NCBI GenBank assembly: GCA_030141605.1
Contig: JAQGDQ010000197.1
Span: forward strand, 62,001 to 126,000
Source: Tubiluchus corallicola
Taxonomy: Eukaryota > Animalia > Priapulida
Direction of reading: 5' to 3'
DNA: 64,000 nt
The notes beneath the pieces were generated by a model that saw only the letters and a program-made list of their open reading frames with translations, was not told the origin of the DNA and ran no database searches. The translations under genes were made by a program, and so were the position numbers. Shown piece by piece: positions 27,801-38,824 of this stretch. Position 1 is the first letter of the stretch; each line of letters starts with the position of its first letter.

Positions 27801-30800
27801 TTACGAACCAAATATGGTGGTTAAAATGACGTATCAAAAGACCCTCAAGCACAAACGTCAAGTAGAAATATGGGAAGCACGAAACCTACAGGCTACAGCA
27901 ACTGAACACCATTGATGTTCTGCCATGGCATTATGGCTGCATGTTTTGAAGAAAGTAACATCTACAAACAAAAACACGCCAATCTAATATCTTTATACTT
28001 GCTAAAGTTGCGTAAAGCATGACAGTAAAACAATCGGGCACTTTTACGCAAGTCCCTTGGGGAGCATTATTATTAGCAGCAGCAGCGGCCGTAGTAGTAA
28101 ATCTCTAGTAGTTATAAAATAACTTTCGAGATAAATTGTTCTTCCACTGTAATTACATAAATTCCAAATTAGATTATCATCAGCACTACTGCAGACAACT
28201 ATGAATATTATTATTAGAACACCAAAATTAATGTGAGCGTTTCTTCTCTTTTTGATCAGTTTTATAGTTCACTGATTTCCCCTTGACTTAATATTATGTT
28301 CCGATTTCAGATGGGAAAATCTCTTAAAAGAAGTGCCTAATACATTTCGAGAAATGTGGGATGCCTGAACTGTGCGGGAAATGATCTAACTCTCGAAGAT
28401 ACTCTCTATGTTTACAAATCGTTAACCCACTTGATAGTTGTTATTAAGCTCGTTTGGTGTGTGATATTAGGTCAACCATGCTGTGCCTTGCTCATCGAAG
28501 GCCATTTGCTAAACAAGCCACTTTTATTGCTACTTCTATATCAGAACCTCTCCTCATTAGTTTCTAATTCTAAAAGCAGAGTTTGTATGTAGTAGTCGTT
28601 TTTCTCCGCTGTTGCCTAAATCTTCAGCAGCTACCCCATATCATCAGCAAATTAGTTATATGAACCTATTTCAATGGAAACGTGATACCCCATTCCCCGA
28701 GTGGCTATTGTTTTTGTTTGGGGACGATTTCTGTAAAAAATTAACAAGGAGTTTGAAAATTAAAAAAGCCTGTTAATAATATCAAATATAAATCGCCTAA
28801 ATGTGATCTTACTTTTATGTCTAGGTAATGTATAGACAATAAGTTGTCCAGCATACAGGATAGTTGACGTGATGACACCAAAGTGGTCCTTCGCAACTCT
28901 TTCTCCTACAGCCCCCTCCCGACACTTTCCTTTATGCATATGTCAATTAATTATAGTAACTACAGTTTATCTTGTATTCTGGTGTAAACGGTGTAAATGA
29001 GGAAATAAATAAAAAATGTCTATATTCTATATGCCTATGTCTATGCAATTGCTGCTGCACCGGCAACTGTATACAAGTCGTTTTGTGCTAAATTTAGAAG
29101 TACATTACTTTTCATAATTCAAAATTCAGTGTCAGTCTGTAAGTAATATTAGAATAATGCAATTAACACTCACGAGCATCATCTACATGTATTAGGAAAA
29201 AATAAAACGTGAATTCTAAAAGGAAGTGCATGTGCCAATTAACATCTTTAGTCCTGCAGGAGCAGTTAAAAAAAAATGGACTTTTTAGTTGCTTTTCGTG
29301 CACATTTTCCGCCAGTATGACTTACAAGTGTCACAGCAAAATGTAATTAACCACTGCTATAATAACAGTGTTTATTGCAAGGTGACGCAGTAATTATACA
29401 CATAGAGGAACGGAACATGACATTGCCTGGGTGGCGCCATTTCGACCAGAGATGGATATTTTTTCTAGCAGAATCACCGCAAAACACCAAGAAGGTCAGC
29501 GACTGCTATATTGTAAAATAAGTACATGTTTAACTTTTAGGTGTCATTGTGATTACCATTTCAGGTAAGGTAAAGGACTGAACAATTTAAATTCTTTTAG
29601 TTAATCAATAAACTGAACTAAAACAGATGTTTTAAATGTCATTAGTCATAGTTAATAAACCTTAAGCGTTTATATTAAAGAACAGTTAGCCTTACAGCAA
29701 ATTTGTTGCAGAAAAATGTGATGCTCAAAATTTGTACTATATCGGGACCTGAACCCGAGAGCACAGGATTATGCCCACTTGCTTTAACCACCTGAGCTTT
29801 GTATCTATAGAAAATGCCCTCCTTTTACGTTCCGAGTAGCACTTCTACCAACTGTCATTGATGATTAAATTTATCAAAAACTACCTTTGCAAGGGGGGAA
29901 ATGGGCGTCCCCCTCTGTTAGCCGGGTAAGCCCTTGTTTCAAACAAAACAGATAACCTGCAAATAATGAGCGCAGGCAGGCAGGCAAAAACAAATATTTC
30001 ATACACATAGATTAATCAGAACTCTAAATGCTTTTATTAAAACTTGTAAAGATACAAAATAACACCAAACTCTGTAAAAAATATAACACAAAAGCGGTTT
30101 CCCAACTATTCCCCCTCCTTGCCAAATAGTTCTACATTAACAAAAAAAAAAGAAGAAAATTGTTGTTCCCTACGTTCCTCGGGAATATTTAACTGATTCG
30201 CGACAGTATCCACACAGACAAATCAGGTCTGGATACATAATCCACTGGTCTCAGGTTCAAGCCCGATGTATTGACAATTTTTTACCATCACCTCTTTCGG
30301 CAAATCACTTTGTTGCAATTCAATTATTCTTTAATATAAACTGCTTGTTTTTTTAATTCTGGTTATTCACAGGTAAAACATCGTTTTCAATCTAAATTCG
30401 TGAAAACTGTTTTGCCAAACCTAAATCACCTAAGCCTATTATCATCCTTAAAACTAATAACAATACTTGGGATTCACCTATATTCTAATTGCAGCTTTTT
30501 ACTAATGTCAAAATATGCTCAGGAGTGAAGAATAAGAAACCATCAATTGTTTTAGAAATTTGCTTAATTTTCAATGTTTAGTTGTGATATAATCTGATGT
30601 CTGACAGATGTTTAATTGTACTCCTAGGTAGAAAATTTGGAAACTCTTAATGGAATATTTAACTGGACTATCACGTACAGACAAGATTCTGACATAGTTT
30701 TCAACTATGGTATAGTAAAACGTAACAAGAACCAGAAGATGCATAAATTTACAGAAGCTGGTAAGTGTCTGTGCATAAGCAGTTTTATATTGAACCTACT

Positions 30801-32479
30801 TACTTCAAAAAATAGAGGTCACTGCAATACTGCTATGGAGTTTAGTAACTAAGTGTGTTTCTATGAAACATAAAGATTGAGTAGCTGTCACCTGTCCTGT
30901 TTGGACTTATTGATAATAAAAATGCATGACAAAATTCCTGTCCAAATGTCCTAGATGCTAAACAAAATTTGTTAGTGAGTTACTATTAACATGAGCTATC
31001 CAGAAATGTTTTGTTCAATGGATAACTCACGGTGTGGCATATTATTAATAACACCACAAAATCATGAAATGGATACACTTTACACCCCATCCACCGATGA
31101 GGTGAAGTGAATGCTATCTAGAGAGAGACAAACAATTTAATTATAGTTTCGCTCGTCAGAATGGAAGCACTAATGTGCTAGTATCTTGCATGTTTCACTT
31201 ACCCATTTCCTGTAAAGTTGACGTTTTCAAAAAGAAAATCACTGGAAGCATTTACCAATATCACAAAATCTGTTTTTTTAAGTAAAAACTTGGAATATGC
31301 ATTGTTGCATGAGCAGATCGATTAACACAGAACACGAAATAAACCATAATTATTATGCAACAAAGAATAGGGCAGATCTACATTTAATGGGTGTGATCCA
31401 TTCAAGGGGCATATTTTGAGGGTGGCCTTGACAAAATGAAAAGCCAGGTTCCATTAATCTGTGCAAAAGTTCTAAGTATTTTTGTGCAAAATTTCGGTGT
31501 CTTATGATCAAAACTATAGCCTGTGATAGCTTTCAAAGATAAACGTGCCAACAACAACATGACCAGATTTTATGGATCCCACACTTCACGTCAAATGAAA
31601 AAACAGTATGATACAGTACCATCATGCAATGAAATTATGGAAAAAGTATCTGTTGGTACTGAGCATTCTCTAATTTAGAAAGAAAACAGCTGCAAAAAGC
31701 AGACAGTGGAATAAACTAACAAAGCTACTACGCAATATTATCCTATAACTAGGTCTTATTAAATAGTTCTGAGTCATGTAACGACACATACAATGAAAAC
31801 AAACTTAAAATAAGAAACAGTTAACTGGTGAACAAACTGATTATTTAAACTGTACTCCAATCAGCAATTATGTTAATTATATTTGACAGAATTTCAAAGA
31901 AAGACAAGGATGGTAGCTTGGTTTGCATCCAACTGCAACACATCGAGCAAACGAGAGGCATACATCGCAGAACTTTCAAAATATATTCAAGTTGACATCT
32001 ATGGCAAATGCGGCCATCTCAGTTGCCCACCAAAACAAAAGCAATGTGATGAGTTACTGGACAAAACATACAAGTTTTACTTAGCTTTTGAGAACAGTTT
32101 ATGCAAAGATTACATCACAGAGAAGTTTTTCCAAGCACTGAAGAGAAAAGTCGTCCCTATTGTTATGGGCGACTTTAATTACAGTAGCATAGCTCCACCA
32201 ATGTCATATATTCATATGGCAGAGTTCAACTCACCGAAAGAATTAGCTAAAAAACTATTGACAGTTGGAAATGATTACAAGAAATACAAGAAGTATGTAG
32301 ACTGGAAAAATGGCTATTCAATTCCGGATGAGAATTACAAAGCAAAGTTTGTTCGAACTTTCTGTGAATTGTGTAAGAAACTTAATTCCAGAAAAGAAGA
32401 TAGAAAAGTCTATAATGATATCCAAAGATGGTGGATCGACCAAGCAAATTGTCGTACAGGCCAAACTCAGTTTTATTAG
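24871..32479 (+). CDS. Alpha-1,3-fucosyltransferase (GT10), ~442 aa; exons 24871-24983, 25075-25158, 25574-25702, 26483-26649, 29382-29494, 30628-30760, 31890-32479
   Basis: All junctions GT-AG and phase-compatible, total 1329 nt. Type II anchor MYLKKFRVLILLSFAGASTLLLAKVW, then KILLWTPFFG, CPVSNC, DAVIIH, QRWIFFLAESP, FNWTITYRQDSDI, VAWFASNC and the alpha-1,3 motif YKFYLAFENSLCKDYITEK. Confidence 0.93.
27000..27660 (+). mobile_element. Decayed LINE 3' fragment in fucosyltransferase intron
   Basis: Degraded AWNIA....LW.LPY...LPHIAG...L.KRFLKF stretch followed by a T-rich UTR-like region and AAT tail. Confidence 0.5.
29666..30345. mobile_element. Diverged fold-back element with a tRNA-like box in each arm
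   Basis: CATAATCC..TCTC.GGTTCA.G.CCCGAT ... TTCTTTAATATAAAC occurs on - at 29666-29800 and on + at 30231-30345; inner inverted match GCAAGGGGGGAA / TTCCCCCTCCTTGC. Confidence 0.6.
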
Positions 32480-33079
32480 TGTTTTTTATCAGTTTGACAC
32501 GTGCAACTGGTATCTGGCACTCAACAGCAGGCAAATGTATGCTGGTTACGGAAGCCAGGTGTTTCCACTGTAGCTACAATCGCAATGACAGACAGCATGA
32601 AGACTCTCATGCAAAAGAAAAACTACCAAGAAGCGATTTTTCTGGCCATCAACTATCCATTTAATGATCAAGCATAGCATTGCTTAGCTTTGGTCACTAA
32701 GCACACATGATGACAAAAACGAAGATGCCAATAATAGTATTGATTTCGAACAGTATTAAATATGTATTTATCCATAACCTACTAGCAAACTTGTGAACTT
32801 ATAGCCGATAAATATTTTAACACACTTGCTTTTTTGAAGATATTTTTTATTAATCAGCTGAAAAGTATTTAATTTTCAATCCCCCCGACTTTGTGTTGCT
32901 ATACCTTTTTCTAACATTTTATTCCAATAATTTTGAAATCAATCATTTGCACTAATTGATAAACCAATGATTTATTGGTTGTTATTTACACATAAAAATT
33001 CTTCATTATGGAAAAAAGTTTAAGTGTTCCTGTTTTTAAAAGATTCTCCCAACAGATCACTAGTTATCTTCATCACATT

Positions 33080-36000
33080 TTACAACTTCAGTTTCGTACG
33101 ACGCCAATGCCTTCTCTTTGCATTGTACCTAAATGAATATTAACGCATGATTAGGCATGAGTTACACGACTAATAAAATATAAGTAAACAAAAAATTACA
33201 CAAGAAGTTTAAGAAGGGCCTAGCAGGTTTTTAAAAAATATATTCAACCATACATCTGACATCAAAATATTAACACGCTTTTCAACTAAAAGAAATTACG
33301 AGTATAATCCGGGAGTAATTGCTAAGCTGCTAAGTTATACAGTCGCATGCAGGTTGAATTAACGGCAGACAATATAGATACCATATTTAGTCAGCATGGT
33401 TAGGCAAACTTTTTTTTTCAAATGGTGCCACTGAATTCATCAGGGTTAGGGCAACAAACATGATAGACCCACTAGATTTTCATATAAAAACAGCATATTA
33501 AAATGTACAATTACTATTCAATGCTAATTTGGAAAGAAAACAGAAGGAAAAGAAGCTGTCTTTTGTTACATCAATGGGTGGCATTATACAATATACAAAT
33601 GGTAAGAATACTGTCCCACTTAACAAGACAAAAATATATGCGACAATTAATGCACATATCTAGAAAAGTTCTTAGAAAAGCTGCTGCTCTTAAAATGTCA
33701 ATTCTAAAACAAAATTCAATATGAAAAAATAAAAAACTGAGTAACTCACCTAATGGTGTTCCCAGTCTTCATGCGAACCCATTGAGGAATTGGTCTATTT
33801 TGTTTCTGTTTTTTGGCAAGAACCCTTTTTATCCTGAAACTTTTGTGTGCAGCCTAAAATAAGTTGGACATAATTACAGTCTCACTATGGAAAAAAGACG
33901 ACAATTCAACATCAATCTCTGATCATGACGCACAAACAGGCACAAACAATACATACGATAATTTGTGTTGATACTAGTAAATAGTCATTGAAATGTTTGT
34001 GCAATGTACATGTTTATCTTGTGCTTATGTCACTGCAAAAGTAGGCAATGATTGCAATTAGCATTTTTATGGCTTAATCCCTTACAATTTTAGTGCACAT
34101 TTATCTGTAAGCCCAATTTAGCAAAAATAGTCGTTCTAGGTAAGTGCACATTAATACATTGTTCAATTTGACTAGATCTAACCTTATTAAATAGTTGACT
34201 AAATCTTATATTATATATGTAATGAAAGGATATCTAGAGCAGCATATGTTCATAGCAAACTTCAACTAGTCTTGTGCAATGCAACTTTGCAAGATTTTAA
34301 ATAGTAATGCCATGATATAAAAGCAAAGTTGACTAAATATTATATTATATATGTAATGAAAGGATATCTAGAGCAGCATATGTTTATAGCAAACTTCAAC
34401 TAGTCTTGTGCAATGCAACTCTGCAAGATTTTAAATAGTCATGCCATGATATAAAAGCAAAGGTGATATGATAGAATGCTGCAAGTTTATCCAGGGCGTG
34501 CACATCATTCCTGTTCCCTTTGAAGTTGATGGCACGAGCAGGAATAGGCGGCATAGTAAGAAAGTGAAGAAACCATACTGAAGGACATCCGTTAGGCAAC
34601 ATTATTTCTCATCGAGGATTGTTGATCTCTGGAATTCATTGACAGATCATGTTGTCACTGCCCCATCACCTAATAGTACATTCAAAGTCAGGTTGGATTG
34701 CTATTGGAGATTTTGATACCAAAACAAGCCTATATCTGTCTGTCAAGTGCGTATAGAATCTTATAGTTTTGTCACTAGTAGACATGACGAGAACTTTACA
34801 CTCTTCTATAACCTTAATCAATGCATTTAACGTAAAGTAAAGCTACAACACATGCATGTAGTCGAGAACAGGACGGACAATGGTTTGCTTATGCAGGATT
34901 ATCACAGATGTTTTTTATGAACCACAGAAAAAATTCCTTAACGCTAATTTTGAATGTACTACAGCACATTGGATGTTCAAACTTTTCAAGTGTTGATATC
35001 ACGGTGACTAGTGGCTGAAACACGTGAAATAATCATTAAAGAACCAGTAAGACAAGGTACAACATACGGACCAGAAATGTGTTGTGTATTGATGTATAAC
35101 TTTACTAATTAATAATTTGGTGTTTAATACAATCACACAATTTGGACCCAACAAAAATGTAGGCACCTTATTATACATAGATGACATACTAGAAATTTGA
35201 TCAAAAGACAAAGTAAAATGTGCAAGTTATAAATGTGAACAATTAGAAATAAACAAAAAAACCACCTTTAACATCAAGAAGATTAAATATATGGTGATTA
35301 AAATGTCTAAAAGCCAAAACATGAAGAAATAAATATAACACTAAGAAATGGACTAGCACAGCAAACTAAAGAGTATAAATATTTAGGTGATTGGATAAAT
35401 GAAAAGAACAATTATAGCAGCATCTTACATGAAAGAAAAAACAAAATGAAATTCATGGTAAGGAAAATCAATAATTCTGGTAATCAAACTAAGGTGGGTA
35501 CTATGGCTATTAATGTAAATTAAAAATGTTTGAAACAATGGTTATACCAGCTTTACTGTCAAATAGTGAAACATGGACCAATATCAGTATTAATGAATGG
35601 AAACTATTAGAGCAAATTCAGTATAAAGCACTAAGCAAACTATTTAAACTGAAAAAGAATATACCATATTGGGAAATACTAGCTGAAACGAATATATGAC
35701 CAATGAAACAGAGAGTTTTGTTCAAATAATTAATGTTTTTAGAGAATTTGTTAAAACCAGACAATGACAGATTAGCACAGCAAATAATACTAGAACAAAA
35801 CCAGAGAGTACACTAACTGCTGGTATGTAGAAATCAAAGAAATCGTTAAAAATTATCGTATAGAACACCTAGCAGAAGATTTGTCACAAATAACTAAATC
35901 ACAATGGAAAAAGAAAGTTAAACTTATACTAACCGAGGATATAGAAAAGAAATTTGAACAGAAAAAAGTCAATGCCAAAACTAAGTTTTTTGAAAGAAAG

Positions 36001-38735
36001 TTTTTTCAGAAAAAATCCTACATGTTAACTACTAATGAAACTGAAGTGAGAGATTTTATGCACATTAGACTAAACATGATAGATGTTAAAGGAAAGACAC
36101 TACAGAACACGAGTTAGATGTGGCAAGTGGATGCCAATGAAATATCAAGACTGACTGGGCAAACTTTGCAACAAGTGCATCAAACCATTGAAAGGCTACT
36201 CAACTACAGAAAGGAAATTTAGTAAATTCAGATTTCAACAAGTGTCAATCAAATATTGTGAAGTGATTAATTGGAAAAGTGATTCAGTGTATTGTATCTT
36301 GCACTTAAATTATTTACGTGCCTGCTATTTAGTAGAGGAAATACTGCGGAAGCACGGACTGTTCTCATTATTGTTCTCTTTCTTCAATTGATCTCTTTCA
36401 TAATAATTTTGGCTTCTTAAAGCATGACTATCACGAAGCCCTCAATCTCTCCTTAAAAAGATTTAAATTCGGTGCACTAACCACTCTTTCTGGAAAACTA
36501 TTCCATTTGTTCACTACACGGTAATTAGTTCTTGCTTACTGTTTATACAATTTCTTAGAATGACCGCGAGTGCACAGCAGAGATGCAGCCTTCAATAGTG
36601 TATCACAACTAACACGGTTGTCTCCATTTATGTACTTGAATACTTCATACAAGTCAGCTGTTTCTGTTGGAGTGAAACAATCTCAGGATGTCAGGATGCA
36701 AATCAGATGCATAACATAATCTCAGGCACCTATCTTGAACTTTTTGCAATCTCTTGATGTCAAATAGTAACGATGGTGACCATACTACACTAGAATAATC
36801 TAATAATGGTCACACATAAAGCTTTGTAGAAAGTTAAACACCTGCTAAGGATCCCGATTAACAAAACATCTTTTAATCAATCCAATCATTCGATTTGCCT
36901 TCTTGCAAATGTGGGTGATATGTGCAGCAAGCTTCAGATCATTAGATATGATTACACCTAGGTCTTTATGTTCTGAAATGCGTGTTAACTCACTGCCAGA
37001 TAAATAATAATGTGATGAAACTTGAGCTTTAAGTTGCACCACTACACACTTATCTGCATTAAACTGTAATACTAATAACCATTTATCAGACCAAGCTTCC
37101 AGATGAAATAAATTTTGTTGTAAATGTACTGAATCTTTTATTGTCAGAACTCGGCAATAGATTTTTGTGTCATCAGCAAACATACTAATTTCTGAAGTAA
37201 TTTAATCTAGAAAATCATTGGCGAAGAGTAGGAATATAACGGGATCCAGTATAGACCCTTGCCGAGCACCACTACTAGAAACAGAGCACCACCTAGAAGA
37301 TGTTCCGTTGATTACTACCTGTTGTGTACGATTTGACAAAAATGCTTCAAACCTCTTGAGGAGTTTACCTCTAATGCCTGAGTCATACAATTTAGCCAAT
37401 ACAAATAGTAATACTAATACTATTGATTGCTAGTGGTGTACCGCAAGGTTCGGTATTAGGTCCGTGTTTATTTGTGATATTTATAAATGACTTGCCTAGT
37501 TGTGTGAGTAATTCTCTTCGTCTTTTTGCCGACGACAGCAAAATCTGGTCTGAATCTGATTCTTTTACCAGCTGTAATGATCTTCAATTGGATCTAGAAG
37601 GGCTCTGTGATTGGGCAGTTGAAAATGGTATGCAGTTCCATCCCAACAAGTGTAAGGTTGTATCTGTGGGAGCAGGATATGAGTATAAATACAAAATGTA
37701 TGATGCAAGTGGCATTCCGGCAGAATTGGACTTTAGTGCTTGTGAGAAAGACCTTGGATTATTACTTGATAATAAACTAAATTTTAAAGATCACATAGCA
37801 GAAATCATAAAGAGTGCCAAACGAAACAATGCTTTAATAAGGAGGAATTTCAAGTACCTAGATCTGCAAACTTTCAAGCTTCTATATGTGGCACTTGTGC
37901 GATCAAAAGTGGAGTATGGAAGTAGTATTTGGAATAGTCCTAGGGCATATATAGTGGACCCAGTCGAAACTGTCCAAATGAGAGCTTTCAACATGTTACC
38001 GGAACTAATGAACTTGACGTATGAAAGTCAGTTAAAACGAATAGGTTTAACTACATTAGCTTTTAGACGTTTACGTGGCCAACTAATTGATGTATACAAA
38101 TATGTATCTGGAGTTTACAGCTGTGATGATTGTCCTGTTAAATTAGAAGTACATCGTACAGCAAGATCAGGTCCTATTCTTCATAAATCAAGAACTGCAC
38201 ACAAAACTGGTAAATACGACTATTTTTCTTGTACGATGCCAGCAATCTGGAATAGATTGCCCTGTGATGTGAGAACAGCAACATCTGTAAATTTATTTAA
38301 ATCAAAATTAGATAGACACTATGAACATCATCCATTGAAATTTAATCACCGTGCTAATTGGAACATGCCTATAACAAGGATGCTGGATTACATATTATAG
38401 TGAGAAAACTTGCCAGTGGAGTCACCTAGGTGTTGATGACAATCTATTAAATGTGCAATTTGTCGCAATTACAGTCGAAGAACTATTTGTCTCAAAAGTT
38501 ATATTATAACTACTGGAGATTTACTACTACTACTACTACTATAGTATAGTGTAGTTGCTTGTGTGCAACAGTGTCAAATGCTTTGGTGAAGTTCAGATAA
38601 ATCACGTCCACGCCCTCCCCCAAATCATCACAAACCCTTCATCAGAATGAAATTCCCTAAAGACAAATAAATCAAGAATGACGGTCATATCAAATTATAG
38701 GGCAAGAACAACAAATATTTTAATTGTTATACCAT
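33080..38735 (-). CDS. RPL39: 60S ribosomal protein L39 (eL39), 51 aa; exons 38733-38735 (ATG), 33750-33853, 33080-33128
   Basis: Spliced product [51 protein letters not shown]. Exons 2-3 are certain; exon 1 is inferred from ATG|GT preceded by a CCCTTTCC TCT/TOP-like start. Confidence 0.93.
34193..34460. repeat. Tandem duplication of a ~134-bp unit
   Basis: Two near-identical copies starting AGTTGACTAAAT at 34193 and 34327. Confidence 0.9.
34500..34720 (+). mobile_element. CR1-type LINE 3' fragment
   Basis: [23 protein letters not shown]...FKVRLD.YW, frameshifted. Confidence 0.65.
34950..36300 (+). mobile_element. Decayed LINE RT region
   Basis: [38 protein letters not shown] interrupted by stops and frameshifts. 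Confidence 0.75.
36420..37400 (-). mobile_element. Decayed CR1-type LINE (RT and 3' end)
   Basis: [40 protein letters not shown]; frameshifted. Confidence 0.88.
37423..38541 (+). mobile_element. 5'-truncated CR1-type LINE with open RT C-terminal ORF (37423-38400) and (TAC)n tail
   Basis: [38 protein letters not shown]; (TAC)n at about 38522-38541. Confidence 0.92.
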
Positions 38736-38824
38736 TTTTACAACTTCCTTCAGTTGCGTGCAGCTTGGAAAGGGCTCTCGCGTTTTCTCGTTATCGCATG
38801 TTCCCAATCCTAGAGGTTTGCAAA
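38736..38824. promoter_or_regulatory. Compact bidirectional promoter/5'UTR region shared by RPL39 and SDHAF2
   Basis: Divergent ATGs at 38735(-) and 38825(+); pyrimidine TCT/TOP-like CCCTTTCC on - at 38767-38774; CpG-rich TCTCGCG next to it. Confidence 0.65.
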
